Position numbers and translations under genes: made by a program. From a virus: a stretch of 64,000 nt of DNA. Positions 57,955 through 64,000 of this stretch are shown here, in pieces (the stretch's first letter is position 1; each line of letters starts with the position of its first letter). The notes beneath the pieces were generated by a model, which worked only from the letters and a program-made list of their open reading frames with translations, searched no databases and was not told the DNA's origin. Where the stretch lies: the IMG/VR virus record IMGVR_UViG_3300028581_000013; one strand, given 5' to 3'.

Positions 57955-58157
57955 CACCAGAACAATTAAATACTTACATTATTGAATATAATAAGATGTG
58001 GGCTGATGGCCAAATTAGTAAAGAAGAATATGTTCAATTGTTACAAGGCATCAATATTATGGAAGGCATCGCCGATGATGCTGAAGGTTTGGCACTAAAA
58101 GAAAAATTAAACACAATGATAAACGCAGCAATTTCTGTTGCATCTATGGCTGTATAA
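57951..58157 (+). CDS. Hypothetical protein
   Basis: 68 aa, ATGA-coupled. Confidence 0.6.
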   Translation: MTPEQLNTYIIEYNKMWADGQISKEEYVQLLQGINIMEGIADDAEGLALKEKLNTMINAAISVASMAV

Positions 58158-58167
58158 GGAGAAAAAA

Positions 58168-58281
58168 ATGTTAGACACACTATTTTGGGTTTTAGTTGGC
58201 GCATTTGTAGGTTGGCACTTTCCAGAGCCTTTTTGGGCCAAAGCAATTAAAGCTAAAGTTTTAGGAATGATTAAGAAATAA
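58168..58281 (+). CDS. Small membrane peptide (37 aa, not in ORF track)
   Basis: AAGGAG RBS; MLDTLFWVLVGAFVGWHFPEPFWAK.. Confidence 0.6.
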   Translation: MLDTLFWVLVGAFVGWHFPEPFWAKAIKAKVLGMIKK

Positions 58282-58907
58282 TGGAACTGACAAAAGACCA
58301 ACTGAAGCAACTGCTTCCAAAGAATCCATATATTGACCAATGGCACAATGCCTTGGCACAATTGTTACCTGACTATGGTATCAATACACCACAGCGTATT
58401 GCAGCCTTCATAGCACAATGCGCCCACGAATCTGGTAATTTTGTGTTTCTCAAAGAGAACCTAAATTACAAAGCACCTACACTACGCAAACTCTTTGCTA
58501 AGTATTTCCCAACAGATGAATTGGCAAATGAGTATGCAAACAAACCAAACAAACAAGAAGCAATTGCAAATCGTATCTATGCTAATCGTATGGGTAATGG
58601 CGATGAGGCCTCTGGTGATGGTTTCAGATATTGTGGTCGTGGTCTAATTCAATTGACAGGTAAAGAGAACTATTCTTGGTTTGCTGCCTCAATTGAAATA
58701 CCTGTTGAACAAGCATCCGAATATCTACAAACATTTGAAGGTGCAGCTCAATCTGCTTGTTGGTTTTGGGAAACAAACAATCTTAACCAATGGGCTGACA
58801 AAGGCGACATACTCACATTAACAAAGCGTATCAATGGTGGTACCATTGGACTTGAAGATAGAATTAAACATTATGAACACGCACTTCATGTATTAGGAGT
58901 TCATTAA
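58281..58907 (+). CDS. Glycoside hydrolase family 19 endolysin
   Basis: AAFIAQCAHES, ENLNY, GRGLIQLTGKENY, TKRINGG. Confidence 0.92.
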   Translation: MELTKDQLKQLLPKNPYIDQWHNALAQLLPDYGINTPQRIAAFIAQCAHESGNFVFLKENLNYKAPTLRKLFAKYFPTDELANEYANKPNKQEAIANRIYANRMGNGDEASGDGFRYCGRGLIQLTGKENYSWFAASIEIPVEQASEYLQTFEGAAQSACWFWETNNLNQWADKGDILTLTKRINGGTIGLEDRIKHYEHALHVLGVH

Positions 58908-59185
58908 TGAATGATAAGAGATTAGCCAAAGGCCTAATTATTTTATTATTACTTCCATTGACATTGGCATATTTTAGTGGCGATAAGTTTCGTTACCCAT
59001 GCCAAGATCCATCCAATTGGGATAAAGATATCTGCAAGTTACCATATTGTGATGTAACAAGAACTTGTCCTGAACATATCTTTAAGGGTCAAAATGATCC
59101 ACGATTGGGACCAGCAGGAAATAAACCTCTTGCACAAAATACACCAACACCAATAACGCCAACAACTGGAGCGAATTGCAAATGA
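58907..59185 (+). CDS. Membrane-anchored Cys-rich hypothetical protein
   Basis: N-terminal TM, FRYPCQDP..C...C....CP. Confidence 0.65.
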   Translation: MNDKRLAKGLIILLLLPLTLAYFSGDKFRYPCQDPSNWDKDICKLPYCDVTRTCPEHIFKGQNDPRLGPAGNKPLAQNTPTPITPTTGANCK

Positions 59186-59664
59186 ACTTGAATATTTTTA
59201 ATAAAGAAGAAAAACAACCAGAAAGTTTTATGTATACAGAAGAGCAATTAATGGCTCGCCTGAAGTTCTTTATTGGTATTTGTTTGGCACTTACATTGTT
59301 TGGTATTGTATTCGTTGTATTATACTCTTTAATTTTTGTAACGCAACCACTCAATGCTATTTCACCAATCGACCAAAAATTCTTTGAGTTGATTATACCT
59401 ATCGCCACATTTTTAACTGGTACATTGTCTGGTATCATGTTGGCTGGCGGTGACAAGGATGCACAAAAGAGAGCATTGGAATTAGCCAATAGAACAACAA
59501 CAGTATCACCTGCACCAACAACACCATCTACACCAAGTTTTAGTGGTGTAACAACGCCTGCTTTTGTTGCATCGGCACCTGCACCATCGCCATTCACACC
59601 AGCAGTTGTAACAGGATTTGGTGGTAAACCTGCACCAGTTCAACCACCTCAGCCGGAGATTTAA
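59182..59664 (+). CDS. Two-TM membrane protein (holin/antiholin candidate)
   Basis: Two hydrophobic helices and a Pro/Thr-rich tail; downstream of endolysin. Confidence 0.55.
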   Translation: MNLNIFNKEEKQPESFMYTEEQLMARLKFFIGICLALTLFGIVFVVLYSLIFVTQPLNAISPIDQKFFELIIPIATFLTGTLSGIMLAGGDKDAQKRALELANRTTTVSPAPTTPSTPSFSGVTTPAFVASAPAPSPFTPAVVTGFGGKPAPVQPPQPEI

Positions 59665-59667
59665 TAA

Positions 59668-59892
59668 ATGAATTGGTTAACCAGTATGTTATCTGATGGA
59701 CACAATAGTTCAATCAGTAGTAAAAGAGTTATAACATTCATGGCATTTTTAATATGCGGATTTGCACTTGTTGCTGACATATATGGATATAAAGTAACTC
59801 CATCACTATTTGATTCAATGATATATTTGGTGATTGCAGGATTAGGTTTTACCGCTTCAGAAAAATTTGCTAAAAAGGAAGAACAGAAATGA
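59668..59892 (+). CDS. Two-TM holin candidate
   Basis: SSKRV, two TMs, charged C-terminus. Confidence 0.55.
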   Translation: MNWLTSMLSDGHNSSISSKRVITFMAFLICGFALVADIYGYKVTPSLFDSMIYLVIAGLGFTASEKFAKKEEQK

Positions 59893-60080
59893 AAAAGCTT
59901 TTAATTGGACTTAACATTGTAGCTTGGTCTTTGGTTGGTTATCATGTTGCTCATGCAGCCGAAACCAAAAAAGCCTGTGTTATGCAGAAGGACCAAAAAA
60001 CTGGTAAAGAAAAAGAAGTTTGCAAAGAGATTAAAGTGCATAAGAAGTTAGAAGGCACAGCAGTACCAGAAAAGAAATAA
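59889..60080 (+). CDS. Small secreted hypothetical protein
   Basis: Signal peptide ending AHA; two Cys. Confidence 0.55.
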   Translation: MKKLLIGLNIVAWSLVGYHVAHAAETKKACVMQKDQKTGKEKEVCKEIKVHKKLEGTAVPEKK

Positions 60081-60503
60081 ATGTCAGATTTTGACGATAC
60101 CGATATTAAGGTCGATATTGGTGTTTTAAAGACACAAGTATTGACTTTATCTTCTCTTTGTAATAAAATGGATCAGGTCATAGAAAAACTGGTGGATCAA
60201 CACGACCGTCATATTGCAAAGGTATATACAGATATGGATAATCGCAGACTGGAAACGGAGGCCGATATCAAAGAAATACATCAACGAATAGATACCGTTT
60301 TGGACAAAATGGAAAGTTCGAATAAAGAAATTATGGAAGAATTTAAATCTCTCCGTAAAGATATGAGTGAACATAACAAACAAGAGAAAGATGCTCTTGA
60401 TGCTTTACTCAAATGGAAGTGGATGCTTGCCGGTGGTATTATTGCTATCTCATGGTTGATATCTCACGTTAATCCTGATACAATAAGTAAATTCATTAAA
60501 TAG
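60081..60503 (+). CDS. Coiled-coil protein with C-terminal TM
   Basis: ..LLKWKWMLAGGIIAISWLI. Confidence 0.65.
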   Translation: MSDFDDTDIKVDIGVLKTQVLTLSSLCNKMDQVIEKLVDQHDRHIAKVYTDMDNRRLETEADIKEIHQRIDTVLDKMESSNKEIMEEFKSLRKDMSEHNKQEKDALDALLKWKWMLAGGIIAISWLISHVNPDTISKFIK

Positions 60504-60528
60504 TATTACAAATTAACTTAAATATATT

Positions 60529-61539
60529 ATGAGTGTTTTCATTGATAGGACTTTCCTGTTGCGACTTTCGCCAAAATTACAAAGGTTTACCAAGAAGAAG
60601 GATGACCTTTATAATTTTAGATGCCCCCTATGTGGTGATTCCCAAAAAAACAAGCTAAAATCCCGTGGTTATGTTTATCGCAAAAAGAATGATTATTTCT
60701 TCATGTGTCATAACTGTGGTGCATCGACCACATTCTACAACTTCCTAAAACAAGTAGATGAAAACTTACTAAAAGAGTATGCTCTTGAGCGATACAAAAA
60801 TGGTGAAACAGGAAATAACAATTATGAGAAACCTAAATTTGAAGAGGCAAAAACACCTAAACCAGTCTTTAAGAAATCGTTGGTTCTTCCATCTATCGAC
60901 TCTTTACCAGAAGCGCATTTTGCTAAAGTCTATGTTCAATCAAGACGGATTCCAGAGGCCTTTCTATCGCAACTATACTATGCGGAAGATTTTGCAGCCT
61001 TCATACAAAGTCTGGGAATTCAAAAAGAGCTCACTAAGGAAGACAAGCGCCTTGTTATTCCGTTCTATGACAAAGAAAAGAATCTCATCGCCATACAGGG
61101 GCGAGCGCTAGGAGAGTCAAAGTTAAGATACATAACTCTGAAGTTACATGACGATAACCATAAGTTCTTTGGACTTGATAGGATAGATGAGGAGAAGATG
61201 ATATATGTGGTGGAAGGTCCTATTGACAGTATGTTTTTAGACAATGCTGTGGCCACCGCAGACAGTAACTTGGAATCAATCACATCTATATACGATAAGT
61301 CCAAGATCACATTAATATTTGATAATGAACCTCGTAATAAAGAAATTATTAAAAAAATTGATGATGCGATAGAAAAACATTATAATGTTGTCATTTGGCC
61401 AGAGATGGTTGATTCTAAAGACATTAACGATATGATACTCGATGGTTTCTCACCAGATGAAATCCAAGATATTATAAGTAAAAATACATTCGTTAATTTA
61501 AGAGCGAAAGCCGAATTTGTGAATTGGAAGAAGGTTTAA
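60529..61539 (+). CDS. gp61: DNA primase gp61
   Basis: RCPLCGDS..CHNC, VEGPIDS, DNEPRN, KDINDM. Confidence 0.96.
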   Translation: MSVFIDRTFLLRLSPKLQRFTKKKDDLYNFRCPLCGDSQKNKLKSRGYVYRKKNDYFFMCHNCGASTTFYNFLKQVDENLLKEYALERYKNGETGNNNYEKPKFEEAKTPKPVFKKSLVLPSIDSLPEAHFAKVYVQSRRIPEAFLSQLYYAEDFAAFIQSLGIQKELTKEDKRLVIPFYDKEKNLIAIQGRALGESKLRYITLKLHDDNHKFFGLDRIDEEKMIYVVEGPIDSMFLDNAVATADSNLESITSIYDKSKITLIFDNEPRNKEIIKKIDDAIEKHYNVVIWPEMVDSKDINDMILDGFSPDEIQDIISKNTFVNLRAKAEFVNWKKV

Positions 61540-61542
61540 ATA

Positions 61543-62187
61543 ATGAATGTTAAATTAATATCATACACACAAGGAACAGATGGTAAGAATTTACTAGAGC
61601 AAGTAGCATATGCTGCTAGAGTTTCTAATCCATCAAATCAAAATAATAACGACACAGCTGAAAAGTTGGTCCGTTATTTAATAAAGCATCAACATTGGTC
61701 ACCACTCGAAATGGTGAATGTTTGTTTAGAAATTGAAACTACAAGAGATATAGCAAGACAAATATTACGACATCGTTCCTTTTCATTCCAGGAGTTTTCT
61801 CAAAGATATGCAGTAGCCGATTTAGGCTTTGAATTCAAAGAAGCAAGAATTCAAGATGAAAAGAATCGACAGAATAGTATTGAAACGGATAACGTTGGTT
61901 TAAAGTTGAATTGGGAAACACAACAAGACTATGTTATAGTAGCAGCAGAGAGAGCTTATCGTTGGGCTATCGAACATGGTATTGCAAAAGAACAGGCACG
62001 AGCAGTTTTGCCTGAAGGTATTACAGTTTCGAGGTTGTATATGAATGGAACTATGCGGTCTTGGGTTCACTATATACAGTTACGAAGCGAAAAGGGAACA
62101 CAAAAAGAACATCGTGAAATCGCTTTGGCTTGTGCTAATGCAATTGAACCGATATTTCCAATGATTAAAGAATTTATAACACAATAA
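61543..62187 (+). CDS. thyX: Flavin-dependent thymidylate synthase ThyX
   Basis: HWSPLE, RQILRHRSFSFQEFSQRY. Confidence 0.96.
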   Translation: MNVKLISYTQGTDGKNLLEQVAYAARVSNPSNQNNNDTAEKLVRYLIKHQHWSPLEMVNVCLEIETTRDIARQILRHRSFSFQEFSQRYAVADLGFEFKEARIQDEKNRQNSIETDNVGLKLNWETQQDYVIVAAERAYRWAIEHGIAKEQARAVLPEGITVSRLYMNGTMRSWVHYIQLRSEKGTQKEHREIALACANAIEPIFPMIKEFITQ

Positions 62188-62204
62188 TAAGGTAAGGCGA
62201 ATAC

Positions 62205-63989
62205 ATGGAATACCTAGGCATCAGCATAGATTTAGAAAGAGATAAATTATTTGACGAACTTGGAATTAAAAGACTTAAAGAAAGTTACATGAAAGAAGAT
62301 GAAGAATCACCACAACACAGATTCGCATTCGTATCAAAATCGTTTAGTTCCAATCCGGAACACGCACAGAGATTATACAACTACAGCAGTAAACATTGGT
62401 TGTCTTATTCTACTCCCATTCTTTCTTTTGGCCGTTCTAAGCGTGGCATGCCTATATCATGTTTCCTTAACTACATTGAAGATACTGCGGAGGGACTAGT
62501 TGATAATCTATCAGAAACTAATTGGCTTTCTATGCTCGGGGGTGGTGTTGGTATTGGCTTTGGTATTCGTTCAGCAGACGATAAATCTACTGGTGTCATG
62601 CCTCACCTCAAAATCTATGACGCCAGTTCTTTGGCATACAGGCAAGGTCGCACTCGCAGGGGCAGTTATGCTGCTTACCTCAATATATCTCATCCAGATA
62701 TTATCTCTTTCTTAGAGATGCGCAAGCCGACAGGCGATCCCAATGTTCGTTGTTTAAATCTACATCACGGTATCAATATTACTGATGACTTCATGCAAAT
62801 CATTGAAACTTGTATGTTGGATCCTGAAGCAAAAGATGATTGGGAATTAAAAGATCCACATTCGGGTGAAGTAAGGGAAGTTGTATCTGCAAAAGAACTT
62901 TGGCAGAAAATTCTAGAGCTTCGTATGATGACTGGTGAACCATATATTCACTATATCGATACAAGCAATCGTGAGATGCCACAATTTCTCAAAGACAAAG
63001 GTTTAAAGATTCACCAATCAAATCTTTGTTCTGAAATCATTCTACCCACAAACGAAGAGCGCACAGCTGTGTGTTGTTTATCTTCTTTAAACTTGGAGAA
63101 CTATGATGAATGGAAATCTGAACCATTATTTCTTAAAGACGTTGCCGAAATGCTTGATAATGTCCTTAATTACTTCATCGCTAATGCTCCTAATGCTATT
63201 GCTCGTGCAAAGTATAGTGCCGAAAGAGAACGTTCTATTGGTATCGGTGCTCTTGGGTTCCATGCTTATCTACAGCGCAATGGCATTGCTTTTGAAGGAG
63301 TAATGGCCAAAGTTGCCAACAACCGAATTTTTAAATTCATTCGAGAGGGATTAAATGAAGCTAACAAACAATTGGGTATGGAAAGAGGCGAAGCTCCAGA
63401 TGCAAGTGGTACTGGTAACCGTTTTAGTCACCTCATGGCTATTGCTCCCAATGCTTCTTCTTCCATTATTATGGGCAACACTAGTCCTTCTGTTGAACCT
63501 TACCGTGCAAATGCTTACCGTCAAGATACTTTATCGGGTTCTTTCTTAAATAAAAATCGTTGGTTGGATGCAATCGTTAAGAAAAAAGCCAAAGATGAAA
63601 ATGACTACAATGATATTTGGTCATCAATTATTGCTAATGATGGTTCAGTTCAACATCTAGATATTTTAGATGAAGCAGAAAAAGATGTATTTAAAACATC
63701 CATGGAAATTGACCAACGCTGGGTGATTGAATTGGCTTCTGATAGACAACAATATATTGACCAAGCACAATCACTTAATTTGTTTTTTAGACCAGATGTT
63801 AATTTGAAGTATCTCCATGCTTGTCATTTTCTTGCATGGAAAAAAGGATTGAAAACTTTATACTATTGTCGTTCTGAGAAAATTGGTAAAGCAGACAAAG
63901 TTGCCAAAAAAATTGAAAGAGAAGTGATTAAAGAATTAGATATGAGCGCTATTGCTCAAGGCAACGAATGTTTGGCTTGCGAAGGCTAA
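62205..63989 (+). CDS. nrdA: Class I ribonucleotide reductase alpha subunit (no ATP cone)
   Basis: PISCF, SNLCSEI, VCCLSS, IAPNASSS, KTLYY, C-terminal CLAC. Confidence 0.95.
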   Translation: MEYLGISIDLERDKLFDELGIKRLKESYMKEDEESPQHRFAFVSKSFSSNPEHAQRLYNYSSKHWLSYSTPILSFGRSKRGMPISCFLNYIEDTAEGLVDNLSETNWLSMLGGGVGIGFGIRSADDKSTGVMPHLKIYDASSLAYRQGRTRRGSYAAYLNISHPDIISFLEMRKPTGDPNVRCLNLHHGINITDDFMQIIETCMLDPEAKDDWELKDPHSGEVREVVSAKELWQKILELRMMTGEPYIHYIDTSNREMPQFLKDKGLKIHQSNLCSEIILPTNEERTAVCCLSSLNLENYDEWKSEPLFLKDVAEMLDNVLNYFIANAPNAIARAKYSAERERSIGIGALGFHAYLQRNGIAFEGVMAKVANNRIFKFIREGLNEANKQLGMERGEAPDASGTGNRFSHLMAIAPNASSSIIMGNTSPSVEPYRANAYRQDTLSGSFLNKNRWLDAIVKKKAKDENDYNDIWSSIIANDGSVQHLDILDEAEKDVFKTSMEIDQRWVIELASDRQQYIDQAQSLNLFFRPDVNLKYLHACHFLAWKKGLKTLYYCRSEKIGKADKVAKKIEREVIKELDMSAIAQGNECLACEG

Positions 63990-64000
63990 TTTTTAAAGGA

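Noticed and set aside
1-64000. Alternative genetic code or stop-codon recoding
   Set aside because: Core genes are full length in the standard code and all three stops are used; no suppressor tRNA

Overview
64-kb segment of an AT-rich T4-like myophage genome with a cyanophage-type gene order. The host is probably a Gram-negative proteobacterium (inferred from spanins, a GH19 endolysin, and ErpA, LpxH-like and desaturase genes). Layout: end of tail tube gp19, then head module (gp20, 67/68-like, 21, 22, 23), gp3, uvsY/uvsW, late sigma gp55, gp47/46, heme oxygenase, peptide deformylase, DUF4338/DruA-like gene 1, gp45/44/62, regA and hsp20. Next is a variable tRNA island (4 tRNAs, HNH, dCMP deaminase, DnaJ, GT/MTase, ErpA, desaturase, LpxH-like), then gp43, uvsX, gp41, DUF4338/DruA-like gene 2, a nine-gene glycan-modification cluster, a late cluster of probable capsid-internal proteins, an expanded lysis cassette, primase, thyX and nrdA. 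Most notable: (1) a structurally aberrant tRNA-Gly(UCC) with its own promoter (G33, GUGC T-loop, vestigial D-arm, intact GlyRS identity elements) that looks non-ribosomal. It co-occurs with two replication-linked DUF4338/DruA-like paralogs, suggesting a Gly-tRNA-dependent (Mom-like) DNA modification system; this link is a hypothesis. (2) Capsid-targeted polyproteins with prohead-protease linkers, including ligase-like and nucleotidyltransferase-kinase enzymes. (3) A ROSE-like RNA thermometer on hsp20. (4) An apparently overprinted gene. All family calls come from motif recognition by eye; no searches were run.
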